Source: an uncultured Allorhizobium sp.
GTDB taxonomy: Bacteria; Pseudomonadota; Alphaproteobacteria; Rhizobiales; Rhizobiaceae
Reading direction: 5' to 3'
DNA length: 64,000 nt
Assembly (NCBI GenBank): GCA_958439205.1
Contig: OY288189.1
Coordinates: 511,960 to 575,959, forward strand
Position 1 is the first letter of the stretch; the number at the start of each line of letters is the position of its first letter. Shown one piece after another: positions 1-10,605 of the stretch. Below the pieces are notes generated by a model. The model made no database searches, was not told where the DNA came from, and saw nothing but the letters and a program-made list of their open reading frames with translations. A program made the translations under genes and the position numbers.

Positions 1-431
1 GCACGCTTCAATGCGCCTTCGCTGCCGAGTGAGCTGCCCTTGCCGGTGATGACCAGGACGTGGCGCAGCCCACGCTCATGCGCGCGGATCAGGAAGTCCA
101 GCAACATGCCATGCGCCTCGCTCTGGATCAGGCCGTGCAGATCGATGCGCGCTTCGAGTGCCAGATGACCACGGGAGAGCTTGCGCTTGACCGGTTTTTC
201 CAAGGGGTGGTGCGCATGCTGGGCTGGCTTGCGATCGCCTTCCGTGCTGACTGCAGACGAGGACAAGGCAGCGCGGTTGAGCGCGGGTACATCCTTTTCC
301 TCGACCGGTGTCTCGAACTGCTCCTCGAAGCTCAAAAGGTCTTCCATCCGCCCGGGCATCGGACGGGTCGAGCGGGCGACCTTGCCCCAGAGGACACGAT
401 CTTCCGGATTGAGCTTTGATCCACCCGACAC
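1..431 (-). CDS. Smr/MutS2-C domain protein (3' end runs off the window)
   Basis: Not in the ORF track. GTG at 431 directly after the mltA stop reads MSGGSKLNPEDRVLWGKVARS...ARIDLHGLIQSEAHGMLLDFLIRAHERGLRHVLVITGKGSS, containing the Smr DLHG and LVITGKG motifs. Confidence 0.9.
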   Translation of the reverse strand, partial: MSGGSKLNPEDRVLWGKVARSTRPMPGRMEDLLSFEEQFETPVEEKDVPALNRAALSSSAVSTEGDRKPAQHAHHPLEKPVKRKLSRGHLALEARIDLHGLIQSEAHGMLLDFLIRAHERGLRHVLVITGKGSSLGSEGALKR

Positions 432-1550
432 TCAGAAGAACCTCTCTGCCGCCTGCTTCGGGATCAGTATATAGAAATCCGCCGCGCTACGCACGGCGCC
501 GGCCAGTTCGCCAGCCTCATCGCCAGACCCGGTGAAGATATCTCCACGAGCCGGGCCAACGATCGCAGAGCCGGTATCGAGCGCCAACATGGTGCGGGCA
601 AAATCGCGCCCTCCATCCATGTGGGTGAGCCCCTTGGCATGGATGAAGAAGGGAAAGCCGAAAGTGTGGATCTGGCGATCAACCGCGAGTGACCGTCCGG
701 CGATCAGCGGCACCTTGGCCGCTGCAATCGGGCCGCGGGTGAGATCATCGACCTCTGCCTCGCGAAAGAAGATGTAGGATCTGTTGTGCCACAGGATCTC
801 GTCCACCCGCTCAGGATGGTCAGCCAGCCAGGCCCGGATCGACTGCATCGAAATTGCCGCTTCCGGGATCTCGCCAAGATCGATCAGCAGACGGCCTATG
901 CCTGAGAAGGGATGTCCGGCTTTTGCGGTATAGGTGATGCGCCGAAGGCGGCCGTCCGGGTATCGCAAACGCGCTGCACCCTGAACATGGGCAAAGAAGA
1001 CATCGACCTTCGAGCGAGCCCAGGCAATCTCAAGGTTCCGACCCTCGAGCCAGCCTTCGTCGATCGCGCGTCGATCCGGATAGAGCTGGATCCCAGCACC
1101 CGCCTGCAAGGCGAAGGCATAAGACGGACCGAGGTGATCGGGACGATTGCTGTCATCGACATCAACCAGATCCAGGGGGCGGCGATAGAAGGGATAGGAG
1201 AATTCATCATCCCGAACGTCGCTGACGGCCACTTCCGGCTCGTAAAAAGCCGTGACGAGCCCCGATTGAGTGCTCGTGGGCTCGATCAGAAAAGCCTGCG
1301 TCTCTTGCTCGAAGAATGATCGCGCCTCAGCAGCATCAACATAATTCAGACTTCCTGCCTGCTCAAGAAGAGGCAGCAGATCATCTGCAGTCAGACCGAG
1401 TGCACCCGCCTTATACGGTTTGACCGACCGCAGGTAATTCCCGCAGTCGGCCATGGCAGTCCAGAGAGACGATGGGTCATCGAAGCGCCAGCCCGGGATA
1501 TCCTCGAAGGAGACGGGCTTCAGGCGAAAGGCGGAACCGACCTCCGTCAT
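432..1550 (-). CDS. mltA: Membrane-bound lytic murein transglycosylase A (MltA/3D domain)
   Basis: Motifs TAFYEP, FFAHVQGAARL, NRSYIFF, SLAVD, ALDTGSAIVGPARGDIFTG. Confidence 0.95.
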   Translation of the reverse strand: MTEVGSAFRLKPVSFEDIPGWRFDDPSSLWTAMADCGNYLRSVKPYKAGALGLTADDLLPLLEQAGSLNYVDAAEARSFFEQETQAFLIEPTSTQSGLVTAFYEPEVAVSDVRDDEFSYPFYRRPLDLVDVDDSNRPDHLGPSYAFALQAGAGIQLYPDRRAIDEGWLEGRNLEIAWARSKVDVFFAHVQGAARLRYPDGRLRRITYTAKAGHPFSGIGRLLIDLGEIPEAAISMQSIRAWLADHPERVDEILWHNRSYIFFREAEVDDLTRGPIAAAKVPLIAGRSLAVDRQIHTFGFPFFIHAKGLTHMDGGRDFARTMLALDTGSAIVGPARGDIFTGSGDEAGELAGAVRSAADFYILIPKQAAERFF

Positions 1551-2245
1551 TGTTCCGCTTCGGTCGCAATCAGCTTCCAGTTCGGGTCACGCGAACGAAC
1601 ATCGCGTGCGAATGTCCAGACATCGTTCACCTCGGACACCGCCTCGGCGTCGCCATCGATCATGGTGCCGTCCTTATCGAAGGTGGCCGTAATCAGCTGG
1701 CTGACGATCCGAACCGTGACCTGCTCTTCGTTGTCCCGTGCCGAAGCCTGGGTGATTTCCGCCTTCTCGATCCCGACAAAGGTCGACCTCACGGTCTCGC
1801 CCCTGCTTTCGCGGTCGGCAATTGCGCTCTCGAAGCCCTCGAGGACTTCGCGAGACAACAGGCCCTTCAGGGCTTTCCGGTCGCCATCCGCGTAGGCCAT
1901 GACGATCATCTCGTAGGCAATCTTGGCGCCGTTCAGGAATTCCTTGGGGCTGAAGCTCGGATCGTGGCGGAGAAGTTCGCGAAGCTGATCATTGAGGGGC
2001 GTGCCGGCCGGCGCATAAGCGTCTACAGCACCGAAGCGCTCCTCACCTGTCGCTTCCTCGCGGCGCGGCAGGGTCACAACCTTGCCGTCGTCACGCTCCG
2101 ACGCCTTGGACAGATCGCGCTGAGCAAAGGGATCGAAGGGTGGCTTTTCGCTGCCCGTACGACGTCCGAGCACACTGCGAAGCTGAAAAAAGATCAGGAC
2201 CGCGGCCACCAGGAAGAACAATGTAACGAAATCGCTAGATCCCAT
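1547..2245 (-). CDS. Tim44/TimA-like domain protein
   Basis: N-terminal TM segment then LRSVLGRRTG; FLNGAKIAYEMIVMAYADGD; DVWTFARD...PNWKL. Start moved to ATG 2245. Confidence 0.9.
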   Translation of the reverse strand: MGSSDFVTLFFLVAAVLIFFQLRSVLGRRTGSEKPPFDPFAQRDLSKASERDDGKVVTLPRREEATGEERFGAVDAYAPAGTPLNDQLRELLRHDPSFSPKEFLNGAKIAYEMIVMAYADGDRKALKGLLSREVLEGFESAIADRESRGETVRSTFVGIEKAEITQASARDNEEQVTVRIVSQLITATFDKDGTMIDGDAEAVSEVNDVWTFARDVRSRDPNWKLIATEAEQ

Positions 2246-2287
2246 GAATACCGCCAGGCTTGATTGAATTTGATTTTTCGTTCTCCC

Positions 2288-2316
2288 ATATAGTCTCCAG
2301 CGCCGCATCATTCAAA
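2288..2316 (-). promoter_or_regulatory. Promoter TTTGAA-N17-CTATAT for the Tim44-mltA-smr operon
   Basis: Read directly on the minus strand; close to the rhizobial sigma70 consensus CTTGAC-N17-CTATAT and also RpoH-like. Confidence 0.65.
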
Positions 2317-2393
2317 TGGCGATGAGCATTCTTTGCAGCGAGTTTCCGCCGACTGTTGCGATATCGGGATCACAATGGCGTTTGGAGTGATAC

Positions 2394-2897
2394 ATGCGCC
2401 TGCCACTGGTGATCTTTCTGATCGCACCGCTCATCGAGATCGCCAGCTTTATCATCGTTGGTCAGGCGATTGGCGTTCTGCCCACGCTCGGGCTGATCAT
2501 CCTGTCAGCCGTTGTCGGTGTAGCGCTGTTGCGCTTCCAGGGGGCTGGCATCTTGCGCCGCCTGCAGAGCGAGGCCCAGAGAGGCGTCGACCCGGGACGC
2601 GAACTGGTTCATGCGGCACTTCTCGTCGTTGCGGCCTTCCTGCTTATCGTGCCCGGCTTCTTTGGCGACATCATCGGGATTCTGCTCTTCCTCCCCTTCA
2701 TCCGCGACCTTGCCTGGCGCTTGATCAAGCCGCGCCTCGTCGTCCGGAGCGCGTTTTCAAGCGACGGTTTTCGCACAACCCGTCCGGCCGATGAAAATGT
2801 CGTCGACCTCGGTGACGACGAGTTTCAAAGAGAGAGCAATCCGAACTCGGCAAGGCCCGACTCACCCTGGCGCGATCCTCGGATCGGCCGCGACTGA
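2394..2897 (+). CDS. fxsA: FxsA family membrane protein
   Basis: [31 protein letters not shown] and [16 protein letters not shown] motifs; upstream of secB. Confidence 0.9.
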   Translation: MRLPLVIFLIAPLIEIASFIIVGQAIGVLPTLGLIILSAVVGVALLRFQGAGILRRLQSEAQRGVDPGRELVHAALLVVAAFLLIVPGFFGDIIGILLFLPFIRDLAWRLIKPRLVVRSAFSSDGFRTTRPADENVVDLGDDEFQRESNPNSARPDSPWRDPRIGRD

Positions 2898-2986
2898 CAT
2901 GCCCTGCCCCTGCCGGGCCGCAGGGTTGTAAGGTGAAGTTTCAAATGTTAGATGGCCTTAGCAATTCATCTTCAAGGACACGCCCT

Positions 2987-3463
2987 ATGGCCGACAACAA
3001 TCAGGGAACGACTTCTCCTTCCCTCAATATTCTCGCCCAGTACATCAAGGATTTCTCCTTCGAAAATCCGGGTGCACCGCGATCGCTTCAGGCGCGCGAC
3101 AAGGCGCCGGCCATCAACATCAATGTCAACGTCAATGCCAATCCGCTGTCCGACACCGACTTCGACGTGGTCCTGGCTCTGAATGCAGAAGCCAAGGATG
3201 GCGACAAGGTGGTGTTCGTCACCGAGCTGGTCTATGGCGGCGTCTTCCGGATTTCCGGCTTCCCACAGGAACACATGCTGCCGGTCCTCTTCATCGAATG
3301 CCCGCGCCTGCTCTTCCCGTTTGCCCGCCAGATCATCGCGGACGCTACCCGCAACGGCGGTTTCCCGCCGCTGATGATCGATCCGATCGACTTTGCGCAG
3401 ATGTTCGCGCAGCGCGTTTCCGAAGAACAGTCGCGCGCGCAGAGCCAGTCGGCTCCGAACTGA
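2987..3463 (+). CDS. secB: Protein-export chaperone SecB
   Basis: [11 protein letters not shown] and [15 protein letters not shown]...[10 protein letters not shown]; start moved to ATG 2987 after AAGGA. Confidence 0.97.
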   Translation: MADNNQGTTSPSLNILAQYIKDFSFENPGAPRSLQARDKAPAININVNVNANPLSDTDFDVVLALNAEAKDGDKVVFVTELVYGGVFRISGFPQEHMLPVLFIECPRLLFPFARQIIADATRNGGFPPLMIDPIDFAQMFAQRVSEEQSRAQSQSAPN

Positions 3464-3488
3464 GAAACTGCTGCAGTCAGCAGATATG

Positions 3489-3515
3489 GAAAGGGCCCTT
3501 GATCGGGCCCTTTTT
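3489..3515. terminator. Bidirectional intrinsic terminator between convergent secB and dnaQ
   Basis: GAAAGGGCCC-TTGATC-GGGCCCTTTTT with A and T tracts on both sides. Confidence 0.85.
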
Positions 3516-4216
3516 CATGCGCTGTATTTGGACCAGATCGCCTTAGCCCCAAGGCGAGCGACAAGTCCGCCGTGACCTTCTACCTCGGTGGGGGAGAGGC
3601 GCGGCGCGAGTGTCCGAGGCCGCTCATAGCTGATCTCGATGACATCGGTGACTTCGTCAGTCTGGTTGCGCCGCGTTTCGACACTGGTAAGCCCGAGCGC
3701 CGCCTGGCGACCGCCGAGCATCTCGATATAGACTTCGGCTAGAAGTTCGGAGTCGAGCAAGGCGCCATGCTTGGTGCGGTGCGAGTTGTCGATCCCGTAG
3801 CGCCGGCACAAAGCATCCAGCGAGTTCGGACCCATCGGATGTTTGCGACGGGCGAGCGAAAGCGTATCGATGACCATATCGCCGGGAACGGGCGGCAGGC
3901 CCAACCGATCGAATTCCGCATTGATGAAGCCCATATCGAATGTCGCGTTGTGCGCGATCCACTTCGCTCCGTCGAAGAATTCCTGCAGCTCCGCGACAAT
4001 GCCTGCGAATGGTGGCTTGTCTTTCAGGAAGTCATCCGTGATGCCGTGAACCGCAAGCGCATCCGGATGAACCTTACGGTCGCCTGGATTGATGTAGACA
4101 TGGAATGTGCGGCCGGTCGGGAAGTGGTTCATCAACTCGATGCCGCCGATTTCGATGACACGATCGGCCTTGTTGTCGAGGCCGGTTGTTTCCGTGTCGA
4201 AGATGATCTCACGCAT
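3515..4216 (-). CDS. dnaQ: DNA polymerase III epsilon subunit
   Basis: DEDDh exonuclease motifs FDTETTG, AHNATFD, HGALLDSELLA. Confidence 0.97.
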   Translation of the reverse strand: MREIIFDTETTGLDNKADRVIEIGGIELMNHFPTGRTFHVYINPGDRKVHPDALAVHGITDDFLKDKPPFAGIVAELQEFFDGAKWIAHNATFDMGFINAEFDRLGLPPVPGDMVIDTLSLARRKHPMGPNSLDALCRRYGIDNSHRTKHGALLDSELLAEVYIEMLGGRQAALGLTSVETRRNQTDEVTDVIEISYERPRTLAPRLSPTEVEGHGGLVARLGAKAIWSKYSA

Positions 4217-4814
4217 GGTTCGTCTGCTCCGCCTGCTCGCGTAACTCTCTCACGATCGTCTTGACCTGCTCGCGCGCCATGTCAATGCCGTGGCCGGTAT
4301 CTACAACGTAATCCGCGCGCGCGCGCTTCTCCGCATCCGGTGTTTGGCGGGAAAGGATGAGCGCAAACTTCTCTTCCGTCATGCCCGGCCGTGACAGAAC
4401 ACGTTGTCTTTGGACCTCCGGCTCGCAAGTCACGACTACTACCATGTCCATTCTGGCATCGGCACGCGTCTCGAACAGGAGCGGTATGTCGAGCACGACG
4501 ATTGAACACCCCAACTCCCGTTGTTTCTGCAGAAAGGCTGCCTCGCGTGCGCGGACCAGCGGATGAACGATCGCCTCGAGATCTCGGAACTTAGCCGGAT
4601 TCTTCGCCAGATTCTCCGAGAGCTTCACGCGATCGACGACGCCATCAACGACTACTTCGGGAAAAAGCTCGGCAATCGGAGCGACGGCATCAGACCGGTA
4701 TAGGTCATGTACGACCTGATCTGAATCGTTGACGGGAACGCCTTCATCAGCGAACAGCCCTGCTGTCGTTGTCTTTCCCATGCCGATCGATCCGGTCAGT
4801 CCGATGACGATCAT
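4209..4814 (-). CDS. coaE: Dephospho-CoA kinase
   Basis: [13 protein letters not shown]-loop; DIPLLFE. Confidence 0.97.
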   Translation of the reverse strand: MIVIGLTGSIGMGKTTTAGLFADEGVPVNDSDQVVHDLYRSDAVAPIAELFPEVVVDGVVDRVKLSENLAKNPAKFRDLEAIVHPLVRAREAAFLQKQRELGCSIVVLDIPLLFETRADARMDMVVVVTCEPEVQRQRVLSRPGMTEEKFALILSRQTPDAEKRARADYVVDTGHGIDMAREQVKTIVRELREQAEQTNHA

Positions 4815-5671
4815 GCATATGCCTCGATATCATCAAGAACGATCTGCCGCAGTTCCTGCGTGACTTCCGGTTTTTTCCCGAACCACTTTTCAAATCCCGG
4901 CGCCGCCTGGTGCAGAAGCATGCCCAGTCCATCGACGGTGGCAAGGCCCGCCTCTTTGGCCTGCAACAGAAAGGGAGTCATCAGGGGGACATAGACAATG
5001 TCGGTGACCAGGCCATCGCTCTTCATCTTGTGGAACGGCAGGTGAGGAGCTGGTGCGCCATCCATGCCAAGAGACGAGGTGTTCACAAAAAGGCCGGCGC
5101 CATCGAGAAGTGAATCGAGAGCCTCCATGCCATGAGCCTCAAGCTGTCCACCAAAACGGTCGACCAGTTCACGTGCGCGGTCGATGGTCCTGTTGACCAC
5201 GTGGATTTCAGAAATACCGCGGTCGCGAAGCGATTGAAGGATCGCCCGGCTGGCGCCCCCTGCACCCAGAACAACAGCGCGTTCTGCCCGGTCCCAGCCA
5301 GGATGCTGAGTGTCGAGATTGGCGATGAAGCCGATGCCATCGGTATTGGTCGCATGCAGTAGCCCGTCCTTGCGCCACAAGGTATTGGCTGCACCGAGTT
5401 CCTCGGCGATCGGATCTACCCGATCCGCTAGCCGGCACGCGGCTTCCTTATGTGGGATCGTGACGTTGCCGCCGCAAAACGAACTCGTCTCCTGTTTCAG
5501 CGCATCGACGAATTCCGCAAACCGATCGGGCTCCACTGCAATCTTCTCATATGAGCCTGGGAGGTCATATGTCTTCAGCCAATGTCCATGGATCAGCGGC
5601 GAGCGCGAATGCTTGATCGGATAGCCGGCGACAAATGCACGCGGCGGAAATGTTTCACGTGAATCACGCAT
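4811..5671 (-). CDS. aroE: Shikimate dehydrogenase
   Basis: [42 protein letters not shown]; start moved to ATG 5671 (MRDSRET). Confidence 0.97.
   Translation of the reverse strand: MRDSRETFPPRAFVAGYPIKHSRSPLIHGHWLKTYDLPGSYEKIAVEPDRFAEFVDALKQETSSFCGGNVTIPHKEAACRLADRVDPIAEELGAANTLWRKDGLLHATNTDGIGFIANLDTQHPGWDRAERAVVLGAGGASRAILQSLRDRGISEIHVVNRTIDRARELVDRFGGQLEAHGMEALDSLLDGAGLFVNTSSLGMDGAPAPHLPFHKMKSDGLVTDIVYVPLMTPFLLQAKEAGLATVDGLGMLLHQAAPGFEKWFGKKPEVTQELRQIVLDDIEAYA
5651..5666. promoter_or_regulatory. parS centromere site 1
   Basis: TGTTTCACGTGAATCA, 15/16 match to the parS palindrome TGTTTCACGTGAAACA. Confidence 0.85.
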
Positions 5672-6263
5672 GGTTAATCTCGTGTTCACGCAGCGCCTCG
5701 AGGAGCGGGAGAAGCGGCAGGCCGAGGATCGTGAAGTAGTCACCTCCGATCGCATCGAAGAGTTGGATGCCCTCCCCTTCCAGCTGATAGCAGCCGACGC
5801 TGGAGAGGATCGTCTCGCCGTTGCGCTCCATATAGCCATCGAGGAATGCATCAGAGAATTCCCGAACTTGCATGCAGGCACGGACCACCTCGCTCCACAG
5901 CAGCTCGCCGTCCCGCACCAGGCAGACGGCGCTGTTCAGAAAATGCGCCTTGCCCCTCAACTGCGTGAGGGTGTCGCGTGCCTCATCCAGAGACGCCGCC
6001 TTGTGGAAGATCCGATCACCAAGCGACATGGTCTGGTCGCAGCCGATGACGTAGGCACCTGCATGACGCTGGGATACTTCGATGGCCTTGGCGAGTGCGA
6101 GGTGGCGCGCGACGGAGACGGGATCCCTCCCTGCTAGCGGGAGGTTCTCTTCTATGGCGCGTTCGTCCACCGCAGCCGGGACTGCCAGAAACTGCAGCCC
6201 CGCATTTTTCAGAAGCGCCTGGCGGGTCTTGCTGCCGGACGCCAGGATCAAAGGTGAACCCAT
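5664..6263 (-). CDS. maf: Maf-like nucleotide pyrophosphatase
   Basis: [35 protein letters not shown]. Confidence 0.93.
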   Translation of the reverse strand: MGSPLILASGSKTRQALLKNAGLQFLAVPAAVDERAIEENLPLAGRDPVSVARHLALAKAIEVSQRHAGAYVIGCDQTMSLGDRIFHKAASLDEARDTLTQLRGKAHFLNSAVCLVRDGELLWSEVVRACMQVREFSDAFLDGYMERNGETILSSVGCYQLEGEGIQLFDAIGGDYFTILGLPLLPLLEALREHEINHA

Positions 6264-6296
6264 GATAGATACCTTGATGATAGCAATTGACGTGGA

Positions 6297-7118
6297 TTAG
6301 CGCGGCTTCGGACGGAGAGCAACAATCGCCGCTGCCGTCTCTTCGATCGATCGGCGGGTGACATCGATCAGCGGCCAGTTATTGCGGGCACACAAAGCGC
6401 GGGCGTATTTGAGCTCTTCGGTAATCGATGCGCGATCGACATATTCGCTTCGATCATAGCCTGGCGTTGTTCCCAGAATGCGGTTCTCGCGCACCTGAGA
6501 GATCCGGTCCGATGTTGCAATCAATCCGACGACGAGCGGCCGGGTCGCCTTGAGGAGACCGTCGGGCAATGGCACACCGGGAACGATTGGCAGGTTCGCC
6601 GTCTTGATACCCCTGTTGGCGAGATAGATGCTCGTTGGCGTCTTTGACGTCCTGCTGATGCCGATGATGACGACATCGGCCTGATCATAGTCTTCCGGCG
6701 CCTGACCATCATCGTGGTCCATCGTGAAATTCAACGCTTCGATGCGTGCGAAATAGTCGGCGTTCAGCACGTGCTGGGCACCCACCCGCCCCCGCGACGG
6801 TGCTCCGAGATAGGTCTGAAACTTTTCGATGATCGGCGCCAAGACGTTGACACAGGGCAGACCGAGCTCGTGACACCCTGTCTCGATCAGCGCCGCCAAG
6901 TCCTGGTCGACAATCGTATAGAGGACGATGCCCGGTTCTCGGTCTAGAGCGTCGATCAGGGCCTTGATCTGTTTTTTGCTGCGGATCAGCGGATAGACAT
7001 GCTCGATGGCATTGGATCCACGAAACTGCGCGGCTGCGGCGCGCCCTGCAGAGATGAGAGTCTCACCTGTTGAGTCAGAAATCAGGTGGAGATGGAAGAA
7101 GTTTTTCCGGTTCTCCAC
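6297..7118 (-). CDS. ppsR: PEP synthase/pyruvate phosphate dikinase regulatory protein (DUF299 kinase/pyrophosphorylase)
   Basis: [46 protein letters not shown]; probable GTG start 7118 (7127 is an alternative). Confidence 0.93.
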   Translation of the reverse strand: MENRKNFFHLHLISDSTGETLISAGRAAAAQFRGSNAIEHVYPLIRSKKQIKALIDALDREPGIVLYTIVDQDLAALIETGCHELGLPCVNVLAPIIEKFQTYLGAPSRGRVGAQHVLNADYFARIEALNFTMDHDDGQAPEDYDQADVVIIGISRTSKTPTSIYLANRGIKTANLPIVPGVPLPDGLLKATRPLVVGLIATSDRISQVRENRILGTTPGYDRSEYVDRASITEELKYARALCARNNWPLIDVTRRSIEETAAAIVALRPKPR

Positions 7119-7127
7119 GTTGTTCAC

Positions 7128-7523
7128 CGTGCCCTGTTGATAGTTTGGGATAAACAGAGGTAGCGGCGACGATGGCCGGGGGGCAAGGGGAAAAGTGCCG
7201 ATTTATCCACAATCCCGCACCACGATGGATGTGTTTGGCCAGGGTTGTGAATAACGGTGATCAAACGATGTCATCCTTTGGTGATCGACTCCTGATCCCC
7301 GGTTAAGAACGCGTTGGCGTGAAACTGAAGCCGCTGGAATCGCGGGTTAATTTCGACTTATCCCCACTATCCCCAAATTGCCGTCTGAGCGATGATGGGA
7401 GCCGTGACGGATCACACTGGATAAGGAACAAGCTGTGATCCCGGATTAATCCTTGATAGTCAGAGACTCTTAGAAATAGAAGAAGAGTCTATATATCTTT
7501 TCTTTATTGAAAGGGCCTGAGCC
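7128..7523. other. Chromosomal replication origin (oriC)
   Basis: Gene-free ~400 bp upstream of hemE. DnaA boxes TTATCCACA (7203-7211) and TGTGAATAA (7246-7254), weak boxes TTATCCCCA (7358-7366) and CTATCCCCA (7367-7375), an AT-rich tract at ~7470-7510 and four GANTC sites. The hemE-linked origin is established in Caulobacter and Sinorhizobium. Confidence 0.9.
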
Positions 7524-8555
7524 TTGAGCACGCCGAACCGTAAAGTCCTCGACGTTCTGAATGGGAAGACGGCGACGCCGCCCCCGATCTGGCTCATGAG
7601 GCAGGCAGGCCGATACCTTCCGGAATATCGGGAAACGCGACAGAAAGCGGGTAGCTTTCTCGATCTCTGTTATTCGCCTGAGTTCGCCACCGAAGTGACG
7701 CTTCAGCCGATCCGGCGCTATGCCTTCGATGCGGCAATCCTGTTCTCGGATATCCTGGTCATCCCGGATGCACTGCATCGGAATGTGACCTTCACTGAGG
7801 GACATGGGCCACAGATGGATCCGATCGATGCTGACGGCATCGCCAAGTTGTCACCGGACGGCGTCATGGATCACCTGAAGCCAGTCATCGAGACCGTTGC
7901 GCGTCTTCGTGCAGAGCTTCCCGCTGAGACCACCCTGCTCGGCTTCTGTGGTGCGCCCTGGACAGTGGCGACCTATATGATCGCGGGCCACGGCACACCG
8001 GACCAGGCGCCTGCGAGATTGTTCGCCTATCGTCATCCGGAGGCATTCCGACGCTTGCTGGATTTTCTGGCGGAAGTTTCCGCGGATTACCTTGTCGCCC
8101 AGATCGATGCTGGAGCAGACGCGGTTCAGATCTTCGATTCCTGGGCCGGCGTGCTCGGAGAGGCGGAGTTCGAAGCCTTTGCAGCTCGACCTGTTCGTCG
8201 CATCATCGATCTTGTCAAATCGCGTCGGCCGCAGGCCAAGGTTATCGCCTTTGCCAAGGGTGCCGGGATTTTGCTCAAGCGATACCGCCAGGACACCAAT
8301 GCCGACGCAATCGGTCTCGACTGGTCAGTCCCGTTGAGCTTTGCAGTCGAACTGCAGAAAGATGGCCCGGTGCAGGGCAATCTTGATCCGATGCGCGTCG
8401 TGGCGGGTGGTGTGGCTCTGAGGGATGGTATTGATGCCATCCTTCAGTCTCTCGGACATGGACCTCTGATTTTCAATCTCGGCCACGGGATTACGCCGCA
8501 GGCAGACCCTGCACATGTCACCGAGCTGGTCGCACAGGTCCGGAGTTTCGGCTGA
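7524..8555 (+). CDS. hemE: Uroporphyrinogen decarboxylase
   Basis: [32 protein letters not shown]; TTG start. Confidence 0.98.
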   Translation: MSTPNRKVLDVLNGKTATPPPIWLMRQAGRYLPEYRETRQKAGSFLDLCYSPEFATEVTLQPIRRYAFDAAILFSDILVIPDALHRNVTFTEGHGPQMDPIDADGIAKLSPDGVMDHLKPVIETVARLRAELPAETTLLGFCGAPWTVATYMIAGHGTPDQAPARLFAYRHPEAFRRLLDFLAEVSADYLVAQIDAGADAVQIFDSWAGVLGEAEFEAFAARPVRRIIDLVKSRRPQAKVIAFAKGAGILLKRYRQDTNADAIGLDWSVPLSFAVELQKDGPVQGNLDPMRVVAGGVALRDGIDAILQSLGHGPLIFNLGHGITPQADPAHVTELVAQVRSFG

Positions 8556-8557
8556 GG

Positions 8558-9094
8558 ATGGAAAAGCAGATCGACGCCAAGCCGGGAGCTCGCGCCGCGC
8601 GGAAGGCAGCTACGGCTTTGCTGTTCTTCGGTCTCGTAGGTGGTGGCATCATGCTGGCAGGACCGGATCAGGCTTATCCCTGGATCAAGGCGCTTCATGT
8701 GATTGCCATCATCTCCTGGATGGCCGGCATGCTCTATCTGCCGCGGCTGTTCATCTATCATTCGGATTGCGATCCGGCCTCTGATCAGGCGCGGACCTTT
8801 TCCGTAATGGAAAGCCGTTTGATGAACGTGATCATGAACCCTGCCATGGTGGTGTCATGGGTGTTGGGCCTTTATCTCGCCTGGCAGGTCTTTGGATTTC
8901 AGGGTGGCTGGCTGCATGCGAAGATTGCCGCAGTCTTTGCGCTTTCTGGCGTGCATGGCTATTTCGCCAAGTCGGTGAAGTCTTTCGGCCGGGGCCAATA
9001 TGTTGGGTCGCCTCGCTATTGGCGGATGATGAACGAGGCCCCTACCCTTCTGATGATCCTCATCGTCGTGCTTGCCGTGGTCAAACCTTTCTGA
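8558..9094 (+). CDS. hemJ: Protoporphyrinogen oxidase HemJ
   Basis: WIKALHVIAIISWMAGMLYLPRLFIYH, WLHAK, MNEAPTLLMI. Confidence 0.95.
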   Translation: MEKQIDAKPGARAARKAATALLFFGLVGGGIMLAGPDQAYPWIKALHVIAIISWMAGMLYLPRLFIYHSDCDPASDQARTFSVMESRLMNVIMNPAMVVSWVLGLYLAWQVFGFQGGWLHAKIAAVFALSGVHGYFAKSVKSFGRGQYVGSPRYWRMMNEAPTLLMILIVVLAVVKPF

Positions 9095-9140
9095 GCATTT
9101 TCAGCACGGTCGTATTATTTTCGTGATCCCGGGCTTTTCG

Positions 9141-9169
9141 CTTGCGGTCGAATCCGCGAGTCGCTATTT
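9141..9169 (+). promoter_or_regulatory. sigma70-type promoter of rho (CTTGCG-N17-CTATTT)
   Basis: Direct match to the rhizobial consensus spacing; the spacer contains GAATC (9150-9154) and GAGTC (9158-9162). Confidence 0.7.
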
Positions 9170-9288
9170 TCGCGCCACTCCCTCTTTTGGCTTGCGTATT
9201 ATTCAGTCATTTGCGGCCTTCGCGATCGTACCGAATTCCACCAGCTCGCCGTTCCCCTTGAAAATTCTATCTGACGTGGTCCCTCTTC

Positions 9289-10554
9289 ATGGCTGAAATG
9301 AAGCTACAAGAACTCAAAAGCAAATCGCCGACCGATCTTCTGACGTTTGCCGAATCGCTCGAAGTTGAAAACGCGAGCACGATGCGCAAGCAGGAGCTCA
9401 TGTTTGCGATCCTCAAGATGCTGGCGAGCCAGGATGTGGAGATCATCGGCGAAGGCGTGGTGGAAGTTCTGCAGGATGGTTTCGGCTTCCTGCGCTCCGC
9501 AAACGCAAACTATCTGCCGGGTCCTGACGATATCTACATCTCGCCCTCGCAGATCCGTCGTTTCTCGCTGAAGACCGGTGACACAGTCGAAGGCCCGATC
9601 CGGGGACCGAAGGAAGGCGAACGCTATTTCGCGCTCCTGAAGGTCAACACGATCAATTTCGAGGATCCCGAAAAGATCCGCCACAAGGTTCACTTCGACA
9701 ACTTGACGCCGCTTTATCCGAACGAGCGCTTCAAGATGGAACTCGACGTTCCGACCTCGAAGGATCTTTCGTCGCGCGTCATCGATCTCGTCGCACCGCT
9801 CGGCAAGGGCCAGCGCGGTCTGATCGTCGCTCCGCCGCGTACGGGTAAGACGGTTCTTCTGCAGAACATCGCCCATTCCATCACGGCCAATCATCCGGAA
9901 TGCTACCTGATCGTTCTTCTGATCGATGAGCGGCCGGAAGAAGTTACGGATATGCAGCGATCGGTGAAGGGTGAGGTCGTGTCCTCCACCTTCGACGAAC
10001 CCGCCGTGCGGCACGTCCAAGTCGCAGAAATGGTCATCGAGAAGGCCAAGCGCCTGGTCGAGCATGGCCGCGATGTCGTCATCCTGCTGGATTCGATCAC
10101 CCGCCTCGGCCGCGCTTACAACACGGTTGTGCCGTCTTCCGGCAAGGTCCTGACTGGTGGTGTGGACGCCAATGCACTGCAGCGACCTAAGCGCTTCTTC
10201 GGCGCCGCGCGTAACATCGAAGAAGGCGGCTCGCTGACGATCATTGCTACGGCTCTGATCGATACCGGCAGCCGTATGGACGAAGTCATCTTCGAAGAAT
10301 TCAAGGGTACGGGTAACTCGGAAATCGTGCTCGACCGCAAGGTCGCCGACAAGCGCATCTTCCCGTCCATGGACATTCTCAAGTCCGGCACGCGTAAGGA
10401 AGACCTGCTCGTACCGCGTCAGGATCTGCAGAAGATCTTCGTTCTGCGCCGCATCTTGGCCCCCATGGGAACGACCGACGCTATCGAGTTCCTCATCGAC
10501 AAGCTCAAGCAGACGAAGAACAACGGCGATTTCTTCGACTCCATGAACACGTGA
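9289..10554 (+). CDS. rho: Transcription termination factor Rho
   Basis: [49 protein letters not shown]. Confidence 0.99.
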   Translation: MAEMKLQELKSKSPTDLLTFAESLEVENASTMRKQELMFAILKMLASQDVEIIGEGVVEVLQDGFGFLRSANANYLPGPDDIYISPSQIRRFSLKTGDTVEGPIRGPKEGERYFALLKVNTINFEDPEKIRHKVHFDNLTPLYPNERFKMELDVPTSKDLSSRVIDLVAPLGKGQRGLIVAPPRTGKTVLLQNIAHSITANHPECYLIVLLIDERPEEVTDMQRSVKGEVVSSTFDEPAVRHVQVAEMVIEKAKRLVEHGRDVVILLDSITRLGRAYNTVVPSSGKVLTGGVDANALQRPKRFFGAARNIEEGGSLTIIATALIDTGSRMDEVIFEEFKGTGNSEIVLDRKVADKRIFPSMDILKSGTRKEDLLVPRQDLQKIFVLRRILAPMGTTDAIEFLIDKLKQTKNNGDFFDSMNT

Positions 10555-10605
10555 TTGTCGACCGGCGATAGTCGGTCGGTTTCGTTCAGCGGCTGAGGTT
10601 GTCCC

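Noticed and set aside
7471-7485. TAG AAA TAG AAG AAG, resembling DnaA-trio repeats
   Set aside because: There is no adjacent, correctly oriented DnaA box as in the Bacillus basal unwinding system. I counted it only as part of the AT-rich tract.
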